From contig JAEOTO010000006.1 of the NCBI GenBank assembly GCA_016839805.1, positions 1-64,000 of the forward strand: DNA of 64,000 nt. The letters run 5' to 3'. Positions 38,756-48,952 of the stretch are shown piece after piece. Under the pieces are notes generated by a model. That model ran no database searches, was not told the origin of the DNA, and saw only the letters and a program-made list of their open reading frames with translations. Position 1 is the first letter of the stretch, and every line of letters starts with the position of its first letter. The position numbers were made by a program, and so were the translations under genes. This stretch comes from Candidatus Hermodarchaeota archaeon. GTDB lineage: Archaea; Asgardarchaeota; Hermodarchaeia; Hermodarchaeales; Hermodarchaeaceae.

Positions 38756-39850
38756 TTACCGTTCGCGGTTCCCTTGGATAAATTCTTCAACGCGTTGTTT
38801 CGCAATACTATCCTCAATCTGCTCTGGAGGATGCTTAAAGGAATAACTCGAGATGCTCATCAGAGGACCACTGGTCCCTCGATCCAAAGCAATTTTCGTT
38901 GCACGAATGACGTCGGCAACGACCCCAGCACTATTCGGCGAATCTTCCACAGAGAGTTTCAACGCAATGTGAATCGGCATACCGCCCCATTTCTTTCCTT
39001 GCGCATGAATATAACACACCTTAGTATCATCCAGGAAAGGAACATAATCACTAGGACCAATACGCGTAGGCACAGGATAATCCAGAATGCTAGTCACAGC
39101 CTCAGTTTTGCTAATACGTTTACTCGCTAGGCGGTTTTCTGCAGTCATATTTTCAAAATCGGTATTCCCACCGATGTTGAGTTGGTAGGTTTCATCAATT
39201 TCTACTCCGCGATCAGAAAGAAGTTGGGCAATTACCCGGTGAAGAATTGTCGCGCCCACTTGGCTTTTGATATCGTCTCCTGCCATCGGAAGTCCTGCCT
39301 TACGGTATTTCTCTTGCCACCCGCTATCGGATACGATAAATTCAGGGATGCAATTAATAAAAGCGCAGCCTGCATTGAGGGCAGCTTGGGCGTAAAATCG
39401 AGACGCCTCAGCACTACCTACTGGAAGAAAGTTGACGAGAATCTCTGCGCTAGAATTACGAAGTTCTTCACTGATATCCACAGGCTTCATCTCTTTGGGA
39501 TCATAGACATTAAAAGAATCCTGCATGTGTTCAGCAACTCCATCTAATATTGGTGCTGGAAGAACTTTGACTCCTACTTTCGGAGTATCTGCAAATTTAA
39601 TTACGCAATTAGGGTGAACAAAGATTGCATCGCTGATATCTTTCCCGATCTTCCCAGAATTCACTTCAAAAGCAGCAACGAATTTAATATCCCCGGGTAG
39701 ATATCCGCCAAAGGAAGGGTGCATCAACCCTGTAACCCGCTCTTCTTTTCCCGTAACATCTTTGTAATAATTTATGCCTTGAACGAGGCTTGAGGCGCAA
39801 TTACCAAGACCTGCGATGGCGACTTTAATCGGTCCCATGTTAAACACCAT
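38756..39850 (-). CDS. ino1: myo-Inositol-1-phosphate synthase
   Basis: GLGNCASSLVQG, GDDIKSQVGATI, QLNIGGNTDF, SKRISKT, DSPNSAG. Confidence 0.95.
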   Translation of the reverse strand: MVFNMGPIKVAIAGLGNCASSLVQGINYYKDVTGKEERVTGLMHPSFGGYLPGDIKFVAAFEVNSGKIGKDISDAIFVHPNCVIKFADTPKVGVKVLPAPILDGVAEHMQDSFNVYDPKEMKPVDISEELRNSSAEILVNFLPVGSAEASRFYAQAALNAGCAFINCIPEFIVSDSGWQEKYRKAGLPMAGDDIKSQVGATILHRVIAQLLSDRGVEIDETYQLNIGGNTDFENMTAENRLASKRISKTEAVTSILDYPVPTRIGPSDYVPFLDDTKVCYIHAQGKKWGGMPIHIALKLSVEDSPNSAGVVADVIRATKIALDRGTSGPLMSISSYSFKHPPEQIEDSIAKQRVEEFIQGNRER

Positions 39851-39991
39851 GAGCTAATAGTTTATGATGATATAATATATGGGCGATTAAGCCACGAACA
39901 CCATTTAAGCATTTCTCCTTTTTTCCCAGACTACCCAATCAAAGACAGCAACTTAAAATCGGTGTATTCTCTTTATCGCTAGCGAGCAGCC

Positions 39992-41143
39992 ATGTCATTC
40001 CTCTACTCCCACACAAAGCGTTCAAGCATTCTACTTCCAATTCTCGTCGCTATCGGCATGATTGCCTACTTCATCGCTCTAATTTATGCCCTGAACTTTT
40101 ACTTTCCGTTACCAACATCAAGTGCAATTCGATACGCTGTTATGCCGGTTGCGTTTGCCTTTCCTTGGATTCTCTTTGTATACATCTTCCGCGAACGCAC
40201 AATCAATGCTTCAGATATCATGAACCGAAAGGGAAACCTCATTCCACTTCGATGGCGAATGTTGTACGGATTCAACACCCTCATCATCCTTGCCTTCTTC
40301 ATTTTTCCTTTCATCTCACCGCCCCTAGCCATTTTTGCAGCCCTTGTTCTAGCATACCGTATTGTCCATTACTCAGAAAAAATATGGGAAAAAACCCAAG
40401 GCACCCGATTAGGCTACACTCTTATTCTCTTCCTGCTCCTAGCTGCCATTCCCATCTACTTGACAATCATTTGGTTTCAATACTTCATCACATACGTCGC
40501 GTTCTTCATTCTCATGGTCTGGATTACAAATTTTGATTTAATGTATTTCACATCACTTTGTATTGTAAATGCTCTCTCAGTGGGTGCACTGCTCGCCCTC
40601 TCCTACGGCACCCTGGACGAACGAGGAAAACTCCAATACGCTGACAGCAAAAAAATGTGGCTAATTTACTTCGCGCAATTAATTTTAATCAGCGCTCAAT
40701 GGATTCTCTTTAACCCCTTCTACCAGTTTTACAGCATTTGGGGGTTCACCTTAGCCACACCTGACCCCATCGGCTTTGCTGGAACACTAGGTAATATTAC
40801 TTACATCAACTACCTTAGTCTGGCCATTATCGGTATTGTGTACATCGTCAAGTTTGCTGTCGGAATGGGCGGTGAATTGAAACTATCAATAATTGGTGTA
40901 TTATTTGCCGCAGCATTCCTCATCGTCGAAATTCTCTCAAGCCTCTTCATCTTCCCAGGCACCATCCTACGACCCGCACTAATCATCGGTTCAAGTCTCC
41001 TATTCGTTATCGCCTTTACCATCAGCTTCTTCGCCGCCCCCGACGAACTCATCGAAGGAGACGAACCCATCACAGAGGAAATCGATAGCCTAGAAGAACT
41101 AACCACAGACGAACCAGAAACTACGACTGAAGAAGAAGAATGA
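39992..41143 (+). CDS. Polytopic membrane protein with acidic tail
   Basis: About 10-11 hydrophobic helices; E/T-rich C-terminus. Confidence 0.8.
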   Translation: MSFLYSHTKRSSILLPILVAIGMIAYFIALIYALNFYFPLPTSSAIRYAVMPVAFAFPWILFVYIFRERTINASDIMNRKGNLIPLRWRMLYGFNTLIILAFFIFPFISPPLAIFAALVLAYRIVHYSEKIWEKTQGTRLGYTLILFLLLAAIPIYLTIIWFQYFITYVAFFILMVWITNFDLMYFTSLCIVNALSVGALLALSYGTLDERGKLQYADSKKMWLIYFAQLILISAQWILFNPFYQFYSIWGFTLATPDPIGFAGTLGNITYINYLSLAIIGIVYIVKFAVGMGGELKLSIIGVLFAAAFLIVEILSSLFIFPGTILRPALIIGSSLLFVIAFTISFFAAPDELIEGDEPITEEIDSLEELTTDEPETTTEEEE

Positions 41144-41160
41144 TAACCAGTTAGGATGTG

Positions 41161-41517
41161 CTAGACGTTGCGAAGGAACGCAGGTACCTCTGATAATTCA
41201 ATCAGAGGTATGTAAAGCCACTTACGATCAAAAGTACCTGAAGCATAATCCCACTGCTCCTCCGGATCCGACTTGTACTTAATGAATGGTCCTTTTGGTC
41301 CCTTATCAAGCTCTACATACAAAAACAGCGGAAGCCCTTCAAGGTTATAATATGCTGGAATTGTGGTAGTTGTCCCCATGATGTGTTTGTTTCCTTTTTT
41401 GAAGTGTAGAATTGTAGCGGTGCGTTCGCGAACGGCCCAGAAATGTACTAAGCGTACTAGGTTATTGAGGTCTTTGATTTTCATGCGGACAGCGGGTTTG
41501 ATGTCGATATCTGTCAA
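41161..41517 (-). CDS. Hypothetical archaeal protein
   Basis: 118-aa ORF with TTG start; family not confidently recognised. Confidence 0.7.
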   Translation of the reverse strand: MTDIDIKPAVRMKIKDLNNLVRLVHFWAVRERTATILHFKKGNKHIMGTTTTIPAYYNLEGLPLFLYVELDKGPKGPFIKYKSDPEEQWDYASGTFDRKWLYIPLIELSEVPAFLRNV

Positions 41518-41622
41518 GGTTATCAGCTCTGCGTCTTAATTGTATCCAGAAGATAAAGGCTTTGCTTGATTGAATCTTAGTACCAGCAGTTTTAAGGAAG
41601 CTCGTTTAGGTCCTAGTTTGCA

Positions 41623-42402
41623 ATGGAGTTTCGTGTTGCTTGTGCACAAATGGATATTGCCCTTGGAGATAAAGAGGTGAACTTTGAAACCGCAGTGCAA
41701 ATGGTTAAAGAAGCGGCAAGCCGGAAAGTAGACGTATTAGTACTGCCTGAATTATTCACAACTGGTTATTGTTTAGAAAAAGCTAACGAACTTGGTGAGT
41801 CACCAAACGGGCATTCTATTGAGCTCCTTCGTGACTTAGCTGGTCGATTTCGTATCTTCTTAGTTGCTGGAAGTATTTTAGAAAAACGAGGCCAAGAAAT
41901 CTTCAATACATGCCATTTGATTGGCAAGGATGGTAAACTACTTGGATTTTATGATAAAGTACAATTATTTCCACCATTTGACGAAAATCGGTATTTATCT
42001 GCTGGCTCTGAAACTCCCATTTTTAAAACGGGATTTGGGATTTTTGGTGTGATGATTTGTTTTGATCTCCGGTTTCCTGAACTAGCACGTACACTGGCTG
42101 TGAATGGTGCACAGGTGATTTTTTGTCCAGCTGAATTTCCAACAGAGCGTATTGCTGTATGGGCGACATTGTTACGAGCGAGAGCAATAGAAAATCAAGT
42201 TTTTGTGGTTGGCTGCAATCGGGTGGGAAGCGACGGTAAACATGTATTCGGTGGACGAAGCGCCATCATCAATCCAGAAGGGGTTACTTTAGCCCAAGCC
42301 TATGATAGACCTCAATTGATTGATGTTGAGATAAATCTCGATGAAATAGAAGATGTCCGGCAAAGCCTCCCTTTGATGAAGTATCGACATAAAGATTTCT
42401 AG
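41623..42402 (+). CDS. Carbon-nitrogen hydrolase (nitrilase/omega-amidase family)
   Basis: E-K-C triad: LPELF, YDK, ICFDLRFPE; RARAIENQ. Confidence 0.92.
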   Translation: MEFRVACAQMDIALGDKEVNFETAVQMVKEAASRKVDVLVLPELFTTGYCLEKANELGESPNGHSIELLRDLAGRFRIFLVAGSILEKRGQEIFNTCHLIGKDGKLLGFYDKVQLFPPFDENRYLSAGSETPIFKTGFGIFGVMICFDLRFPELARTLAVNGAQVIFCPAEFPTERIAVWATLLRARAIENQVFVVGCNRVGSDGKHVFGGRSAIINPEGVTLAQAYDRPQLIDVEINLDEIEDVRQSLPLMKYRHKDF

Positions 42403-42499
42403 TGTTAGGAATCCGCCAGGAATCAAATCGTTAAATCGGAAATTAACAACCGATGATACCAACTTCTTCCGAATTGGTTACAACTTTCTTTGAGATAGA

Positions 42500-43300
42500 T
42501 TATACTAGCTCGGAACGACGTTTCAAGTATTTTTCGCGGAGACGCCGATAAGTCTCTTCGTCGACTCCCCCACTCCCCTTGCGTTGTTCTAACCTATTAA
42601 GAAGCTCATCAATGGCCTGAAGTTCAGAAGAAGCATCCTCGCTGGATAAACTACTATTATTTGGAGTGGTGTTTGATACTTCAGCACTTGAGGGAGGAGA
42701 AGTGAGTTCTGGAGGGGATGCGGAATTTTGGTTAGACGAGGAATTGGTAATACCATTCTGCTCGAGTTGTTCCTCGAGTTTTGCCATTTCAAGTTCGAGG
42801 GCGTCCAGTTGTTCTTGAACTTGTTTATCCATTTCCTCTGCTTCCGCTGTACGGGTTCTTCGGGATCGAAGGAATCTAGCAGTTGACGAAGAACTTTCTT
42901 GGGCATTTGATGTAGTGCTTATTGAAGCATTGCTCTGAAGAGCAGAGTTGCTAGCTTCTCCAGGTTCTACAACGATTGTTTCTAATTGAGCAGCCCGTTT
43001 ACCTCGCTTAATCCGTGGCTGAGGACGAGTTCGAGCGACCGGTTCTCCCGAGGCAGATCGGGCTCCTGGAGGAGGTGTACGGGGTGGAGTTTCCGAAGTA
43101 GTTGGTTGGGCTCGACGATCTAATAAAATACTAGCAAAAATAATGGGTAAAAATGCAATAACCAAAATATTCAACAAACCACCTAGCCCTGAAAACAAAC
43201 TGTCAAGTAAGAGACCTTGAAAGAGAAAGAAATCACCTATTATCAAAATAGCTATGATTACCCAGATACCAATGATGGCCGATGAGCGCTTACTTGGCAT
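42500..43300 (-). CDS. 2-TM + coiled-coil + SHOCT-like protein (paralog A)
   Basis: N-terminal TM hairpin, S/P-rich linkers, heptad segment, LLNRLEQR..GGVDEETYRRLREKY. Confidence 0.8.
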   Translation of the reverse strand: MPSKRSSAIIGIWVIIAILIIGDFFLFQGLLLDSLFSGLGGLLNILVIAFLPIIFASILLDRRAQPTTSETPPRTPPPGARSASGEPVARTRPQPRIKRGKRAAQLETIVVEPGEASNSALQSNASISTTSNAQESSSSTARFLRSRRTRTAEAEEMDKQVQEQLDALELEMAKLEEQLEQNGITNSSSNQNSASPPELTSPPSSAEVSNTTPNNSSLSSEDASSELQAIDELLNRLEQRKGSGGVDEETYRRLREKYLKRRSELV

Positions 43301-43310
43301 ACTTCAATGG

Positions 43311-43994
43311 TCACCTGTTCTGGTCTTTTTTTGATCCCCGGTTAGAAGAGATTTCACTCCTCCTTCTTGCTTTCTCCATCCTTGCTAAATACTTGTCGCG
43401 TAACCGGTTATATAACTGGTCAGAAATTGCGCGTTTCGCAAACTTCTCATCAAGGGTTTCCAATAGATGTTGAATTGCAACTACTGTTAATTCCTCCTCA
43501 CACTCTAGTTCTGCCTTCGCTGGAGCTATAGAATCTGGGGTAGTTGGCTCAATTGAAGGTTCAGCAAAAGGCTCTTTGGCTAGTTGTTCCTTGAGTAATT
43601 TAATTCGTTTCTCCAATTGTATTATTTGTCTCTGAAGCTTTTCAACTTCAGTTTCTGATTGACCTTCTCCCTCTAGCTCTGGTTCAGAGGTCTTTGAATC
43701 AGCCATTAGAGTATCAGCATCAAGGACCCGAACACGAACTGATTCAGAGTGGTTAGCACCTGCATTTTCAACAAGGTCACTTGGTTCTGAATAAGGAGGG
43801 AAGAAATCACTGGGTTCCGGAATCACCTTTTGCTCTTTTTCATGACGGAGAATGAACATAATACCAATTGTTAGACATGCGATGATAGTTACAATTATTC
43901 CCAAAATTGGTGATATCAGGAGGGTAATGATTCCTATAACAATTGTGATGCCAACGCAACAACCAACCCAAGAATTACTTGTCTGGCTCATCAA
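43311..43994 (-). CDS. 2-TM + coiled-coil + SHOCT-like protein (paralog B)
   Basis: Same layout; LLETLDEKF...AISDQLYNRLRDKY. Confidence 0.8.
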   Translation of the reverse strand: MMSQTSNSWVGCCVGITIVIGIITLLISPILGIIVTIIACLTIGIMFILRHEKEQKVIPEPSDFFPPYSEPSDLVENAGANHSESVRVRVLDADTLMADSKTSEPELEGEGQSETEVEKLQRQIIQLEKRIKLLKEQLAKEPFAEPSIEPTTPDSIAPAKAELECEEELTVVAIQHLLETLDEKFAKRAISDQLYNRLRDKYLARMEKARRRSEISSNRGSKKDQNR

Positions 43995-44145
43995 CTGTCA
44001 ACCAAAATGCTGATCTTTATAAAGGATTTTCTTTGTATGCAACGTCCTATCACTTTCTGCAAATACTCAACATTATAATGTTGCGTATCTTTCACTGAAT
44101 ATTTTCTCCTGATAAACACACATTTAAACTAATTTTCCTGCAGGA

Positions 44146-45189
44146 TTGATGCGTGGTGTCTATAAAATGCCAATTTTTCGACCAGGAAAAGTTCCTCCCG
44201 AAATACTTGAGAAACATGTGTTTCCCTATCTCGGAGTACGGGATCAGGATGTTATTCACGGTCCAGGTGTAGGACGTGATGCGGCTTTAATTCGAGTTGG
44301 TCGGCAAGTTATTGCTGCAACTACAGATCCGATTACTGGGACCGTTAGCCGGATAGGATCGTATGTATTACATATCTGTGCCAACGATATTGCGACCTTT
44401 GGGATTGAACCACGCTGGTTTCTGGCGACAATCCTTCTTCCTGAAAATACTGACGAGTCACTGCTACAAGACATTATGACTTCTATGCATACAGCTGCAG
44501 AAGATCTTAATGTTTCAATTATTGGCGGACACACCGAAATCACAACAGGGTTACCCAGGCCTCTAGTGATTGGGTTTATGCTGGGAATTGCTGGACAAGG
44601 AGGGTATGTGACTTCAACAGCAGCTCAACCAGGAAATACCCTCATACTTACCAAGGGTGTGGGCATAGAAGGAACTGCGATTCTGGCTGCAGAACGCGCT
44701 GCTCAGCTTCGTGTTAAACTTGGAAGGAGTATAGTAGATCGTGCACAGCAGTTTATTGACAGATTAAGTGTTGTGCCCGAAGCTTTGAAAGCCATGGCGC
44801 TGAAGGCAGTAACGGCTATGCATGACCCTACTGAAGGCGGAGTCGCTAATGGGCTTCATGAAATCGCTGATGCCTCTGGAGTTGGTTTTGTTGTTCAACG
44901 TAAAGGGTTAGTTATTCATGAGGAAACGCAGCGAATTTGTCAAATATTTGATATCAATCCTCTCAATTTAATTGCCAGCGGAGCAATGATCATGGCTGTT
45001 AAATCCAACAAGGTAAAAGCGCTCATTCAGACTCTAGAACAAGATGGAATTTCTGTTTCAATTATTGGACACCTAGTAAAGGATGCCTCAACACGGAATA
45101 TTGTTGAACCAGACGGCTCAGAGACTCGACTTCAGCACACAAGTGAAGATGCTTTGTGGACCGCTCTAGAAAAACCCTTAGACGACTAA
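44146..45189 (+). CDS. AIR synthase (PurM/HypE-like) family protein
   Basis: GKVPPE, GPGVG.DAA, TTDPITG, NDIA, GGHTE, MHDPTEGG. Confidence 0.88.
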   Translation: MMRGVYKMPIFRPGKVPPEILEKHVFPYLGVRDQDVIHGPGVGRDAALIRVGRQVIAATTDPITGTVSRIGSYVLHICANDIATFGIEPRWFLATILLPENTDESLLQDIMTSMHTAAEDLNVSIIGGHTEITTGLPRPLVIGFMLGIAGQGGYVTSTAAQPGNTLILTKGVGIEGTAILAAERAAQLRVKLGRSIVDRAQQFIDRLSVVPEALKAMALKAVTAMHDPTEGGVANGLHEIADASGVGFVVQRKGLVIHEETQRICQIFDINPLNLIASGAMIMAVKSNKVKALIQTLEQDGISVSIIGHLVKDASTRNIVEPDGSETRLQHTSEDALWTALEKPLDD

Positions 45190-45194
45190 AATTT

Positions 45195-46508
45195 TCATCT
45201 CTTAGCTATTCGTTTCCTTATAATATCTAGAATTTTGTGTGAGGCTTTGAGTTTTAGGGTCTTTGAAATATGAACTGCTTTTTTCTCTGTATCAATTACG
45301 AATAGCTCATTGGTCTCTGTACCAAATCCGACTCCTGGTCGACCCACATCATTAGCCACTATCAAATCCGCTTTTGCTTTTTTTAATCGTCGGTGTGCTC
45401 TCGCAATCAATTCTTCGTTTGAAACAGAGTGTTCTGCTTTGAAAAGTACAAGATAGGTTGTTTTTTGCCATTTTTTTATTGCGTCAACGATTTTTGGAGT
45501 TGGTTGAAATGTTACTGAAAGCGTGGCAGCTTTTTCTGTGGGCACTTTTATTTTCCGTGGTTTTTTAGGCGTCCAATCCGCAACTGCTGCAGCAGCAATT
45601 ACTACATCAAAAGATTCAGCCTTTAGCTCAGATGCGACGGCATCATACATCTCTTGAGTTGTATCAACCTGTACAATCTTCACCCCTTCTGGTGGAGAAA
45701 GCGATCCACAGCCATAAACAAGGGTAACATCAGCGCCTCGTTCATAAGATGCTCTCGCTAATTCTATCCCCATTCGTCCTGAACTTTTACTAGTTACAAT
45801 CCGTACAGGATCAATATATTCGACCGTTGGTCCTGCAGTGATTAAGATTCGTTTGTGTGTGAAATCATGTTTCGTTCCAAGTTTTTTGATAATGGTGGAA
45901 ACCACTTCAGTTGGCGTAGCAATCTTTGCTTTGTCTTCCTCTAAGCGTGGACCCACAAATACAACTCCTACTCCCTCCAGCTTTTCGATGTTCTCTTGAA
46001 GAATTGGGTGTTTATACATGGACGCATGCATTGCAGGAACAATCATTATCGGAATTCCTGCCCCAAATGCAGTAGTAACCGTTGATGTTACAGGAGTATC
46101 ATCAATACCCATCGCTATCTTGGATATCGTATTAGCCGTTGCAGGTGCAACCAGAATCAAATCCGCTTTTTCTGAATGATCACCAGCTAGGGCGATATGT
46201 TCGATCTTACCAGTTAATTCAGTAACCACAGGATTGCCTGTCGCCCATTCCATGAGATACGGATGGATGATGAGATGAGCTGCCTCAGAAAACACAACCA
46301 CAACCTCTGCGCCATGTCGCATCAACAGACGTGCTATCTCTGGGCTCTGAACCGCAGCGACACTTCCTGTAATTCCTAATACTATCTTTTTTCCACGAAG
46401 TTCCGTACCCAGGGACTCAACGATGTCCATTGAGGGATGTTTGCTGCTTCTCATTATCACCACATCTAGTTTTGTTTCATTTCTCCTTCTTAATGGTAAG
46501 TATGACAT
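45195..46508 (-). CDS. coaBC: Bifunctional PPC decarboxylase/PPC synthetase
   Basis: GITGSVAA, APATANT, PAMH..M, TAGPT.E.IDPVR, SSG.MG, AAVAD, FKAE; true start likely downstream. Confidence 0.95.
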   Translation of the reverse strand: MSYLPLRRRNETKLDVVIMRSSKHPSMDIVESLGTELRGKKIVLGITGSVAAVQSPEIARLLMRHGAEVVVVFSEAAHLIIHPYLMEWATGNPVVTELTGKIEHIALAGDHSEKADLILVAPATANTISKIAMGIDDTPVTSTVTTAFGAGIPIMIVPAMHASMYKHPILQENIEKLEGVGVVFVGPRLEEDKAKIATPTEVVSTIIKKLGTKHDFTHKRILITAGPTVEYIDPVRIVTSKSSGRMGIELARASYERGADVTLVYGCGSLSPPEGVKIVQVDTTQEMYDAVASELKAESFDVVIAAAAVADWTPKKPRKIKVPTEKAATLSVTFQPTPKIVDAIKKWQKTTYLVLFKAEHSVSNEELIARAHRRLKKAKADLIVANDVGRPGVGFGTETNELFVIDTEKKAVHISKTLKLKASHKILDIIRKRIAKR

Positions 46509-47302
46509 TTTTCGGGGTACTTACCACTTTGTACTTCATTTACGAACTCGGTAACAGCTTTATCAATTACTTCGTGCAAATTGGCATATTTTTTTACAAA
46601 TTTTGGTAGGGGCTCCTTTCCAACTAATCCAAGCAGTTCAGTGATCACCAACACTTGTCCATCACAATATTTTCCTGCGCCAATACCAATAGTTGGTGTT
46701 CTAACATCATGAGTAATTTTTCGCGCCAGCCATTTCGGAATACATTCGAGAACTATCGAAAAGACGCCGAGTTTATCTAACTGTAAGGCATCTCGCCATA
46801 TCTGGTCCGCTTCTTGGGGGGTTTTTCCTTGCACGCGATATTTTTCAGCAGTTTGTGGCAATAGGCCAACATGTCCCATAACGGGGATGTTATTTTCCAA
46901 AAGCACTTTAATTACCGTAGATTGATTTCCCTCAATTTTCACTGCCTGCGCACCCGCCTCAAGTAAATGTTTAGCGTTTGATAATGCTTCTTCAGGAGTA
47001 TCATAACTGTGAATTGGCATATCAGAGACAATTAGGGTTCTCTTTACTCCCTGGGTCACTGCACGTGTATGATATAACATTGCAGACATTGTGACTTTTT
47101 TCGTGTCAGGGTTCCCTTGGAAGACCATTCCCAAACTATCTCCTACTAAAATCATGTCAACTTCATTTTCATCAAGAATTCTCGCTATCTGAAAATCGTA
47201 GGCCGTGAGCATAGTGATCTTTCGTTTTTCTTTCAAATTACGAATTTCGTCGACGTTCAATCCTGGACACTCTCCTTGAACTGGACTAACTGAGTCAAAC
47301 AC
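46490..47302 (-). CDS. panB: Ketopantoate hydroxymethyltransferase
   Basis: MLTAYD, LVGDSLG, VKIEG, GHVGLLPQ, TIGIGAG..CDGQVLV; start uncertain. Confidence 0.95.
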   Translation of the reverse strand: MFDSVSPVQGECPGLNVDEIRNLKEKRKITMLTAYDFQIARILDENEVDMILVGDSLGMVFQGNPDTKKVTMSAMLYHTRAVTQGVKRTLIVSDMPIHSYDTPEEALSNAKHLLEAGAQAVKIEGNQSTVIKVLLENNIPVMGHVGLLPQTAEKYRVQGKTPQEADQIWRDALQLDKLGVFSIVLECIPKWLARKITHDVRTPTIGIGAGKYCDGQVLVITELLGLVGKEPLPKFVKKYANLHEVIDKAVTEFVNEVQSGKYPEKCHTYH

Positions 47303-48156
47303 TCATTCACAGGGGTGGGGATATTGTGTTTTTTTCCAAGTTCCACAATCTTCCCGTTTAAGAACTCGATCTCTGTTTTTCTCCCATGTTGAATATCTTG
47401 CAGCATAGAAGTTCGATTCTGATATTTGGGCAGAGCTTGCTCCATAATTTGAAGTAGACTCAAATTGAGCTTCACCCCCTCCGCCGCTCCTACGGTCTTA
47501 CACTCATTTATGATATTGTATCGGAGTTCTGCTAAATGTGGAGAAAGTAGCTGGTATGTATAAATCCCCAAAATAGCACTTAATGAATTGGTAACACAAT
47601 TGATTGCAACTTTCCGCCACAAATCAACTAAGAAAGAATCCGAAATTACTACTTCCAATCCACTTGATTGAAAAACTTGAGTAACCCGTTTAGAAGCTTC
47701 ATCTGAATCAAAGATTGTAATGTTCAATGAAACATTGATGCGACCCGGTTCAAGGACCTCAGATCCCGCACGCACTATTCCACGAACAATAATTCCCCGT
47801 CCTTTGACTGCTTTCCGAGCGATTTCTTTGATTCCTAATCCATTCTGTAACAATAACAGTACGGTATCATCGCGAATTAATGATTGGATTGCAGAAAGCG
47901 AATCGTGTAAATCATGGGCCTTCACGCAGACAATAAGGAGTGTTTCAGCCGGGATTTCCGTTATCTCAGTTGCTGTTTGGATGTTGTTAGTATAAGTGCC
48001 AGCTCCATCACCGAGCAACGTTAGGCCGTTGTTGGCTATTGCACTCATGTGCGCTTGTCGTCCAACGAGTGTCACATGCTTGACACGCGACAGGAAAGCT
48101 CCATAAGCAGACCCAATTGCACCGGCACCTAGGATAATTATCTTGCTGAACGTCAT
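47257..48156 (-). CDS. panE: Ketopantoate reductase
   Basis: GAGAIG, LQNG, W.K..IN, SMLQD, TEIEFLNG. Confidence 0.93.
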   Translation of the reverse strand: MTFSKIIILGAGAIGSAYGAFLSRVKHVTLVGRQAHMSAIANNGLTLLGDGAGTYTNNIQTATEITEIPAETLLIVCVKAHDLHDSLSAIQSLIRDDTVLLLLQNGLGIKEIARKAVKGRGIIVRGIVRAGSEVLEPGRINVSLNITIFDSDEASKRVTQVFQSSGLEVVISDSFLVDLWRKVAINCVTNSLSAILGIYTYQLLSPHLAELRYNIINECKTVGAAEGVKLNLSLLQIMEQALPKYQNRTSMLQDIQHGRKTEIEFLNGKIVELGKKHNIPTPVNECLTQLVQFKESVQD

Positions 48157-48160
48157 TGCA

Positions 48161-48952
48161 TTATTCCCCCGTTGATTGGATGCTCTTAGTGTTTGCCAGG
48201 ATTCTTAGTCGCTCATTTATCAATCGAATAGCTTCAGAGAGATTTTCTCGATTATCAAAGTTATTTGCGATTTTTCGAAGGTGGTCATCAGAATCTTTTC
48301 GCAACTCTTTACAAAACTCAATCATCAATGGTAACGCGCGCACAACATTATCTACAATTGTAATTGTTGCCATTTGCGCTGTACGTGATAAAGGATTCAA
48401 ATCAACGGTAATCACTTGTTTACCAAGTTTTACTAGACCTTCTGTTCGGTCACCATCCTCGAGCGGAACAAAAACAGAATCAGCAATAAACAATCCCCGA
48501 TGGTCAACCACCCTTCGATCACTGAATATTTCAGGAATCGTCTCATGAAACTTCGAATCAGTCCCATAGATCTCTTTAGCACCCGCACTTCGGAGCACCA
48601 TGGCAATGGCTTTTGCCCGTTTTATAGAGGGATGATACAAGTTAATTTCTAATTTTGCATCTGAAAATTTCGCCAGTTTTACTAACTCCTTTGGAACAAG
48701 TGCAGCAACATTCCCATTCACCGACAGAACTGGATTTTGAGCTAACAACAAACAGGCTGCAGCCACACGAATTGCCCTTCGGGCATTCTCTGTGGTTATT
48801 TCACCAATGAGGTAATCGAAAGCTTCGCCTCGTCCATGGGCAAATAATCCAAACAGCGAAGTTACGCCAGTTTCAAAGCCTTGAACCAGCTGCACTCGAA
48901 TCCGCAATGAAGTAGCCCGTGGGTGCTTAGGTGAAACTTCATGATTATTCAT
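48161..48952 (-). CDS. pps: Phosphopantothenate synthetase (archaeal PPS)
   Basis: HPR..SL, AHGRGEAFDYL, SVNGN, VPLEDGDR, DLNPLSRT. Confidence 0.94.
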   Translation of the reverse strand: MNNHEVSPKHPRATSLRIRVQLVQGFETGVTSLFGLFAHGRGEAFDYLIGEITTENARRAIRVAAACLLLAQNPVLSVNGNVAALVPKELVKLAKFSDAKLEINLYHPSIKRAKAIAMVLRSAGAKEIYGTDSKFHETIPEIFSDRRVVDHRGLFIADSVFVPLEDGDRTEGLVKLGKQVITVDLNPLSRTAQMATITIVDNVVRALPLMIEFCKELRKDSDDHLRKIANNFDNRENLSEAIRLINERLRILANTKSIQSTGE

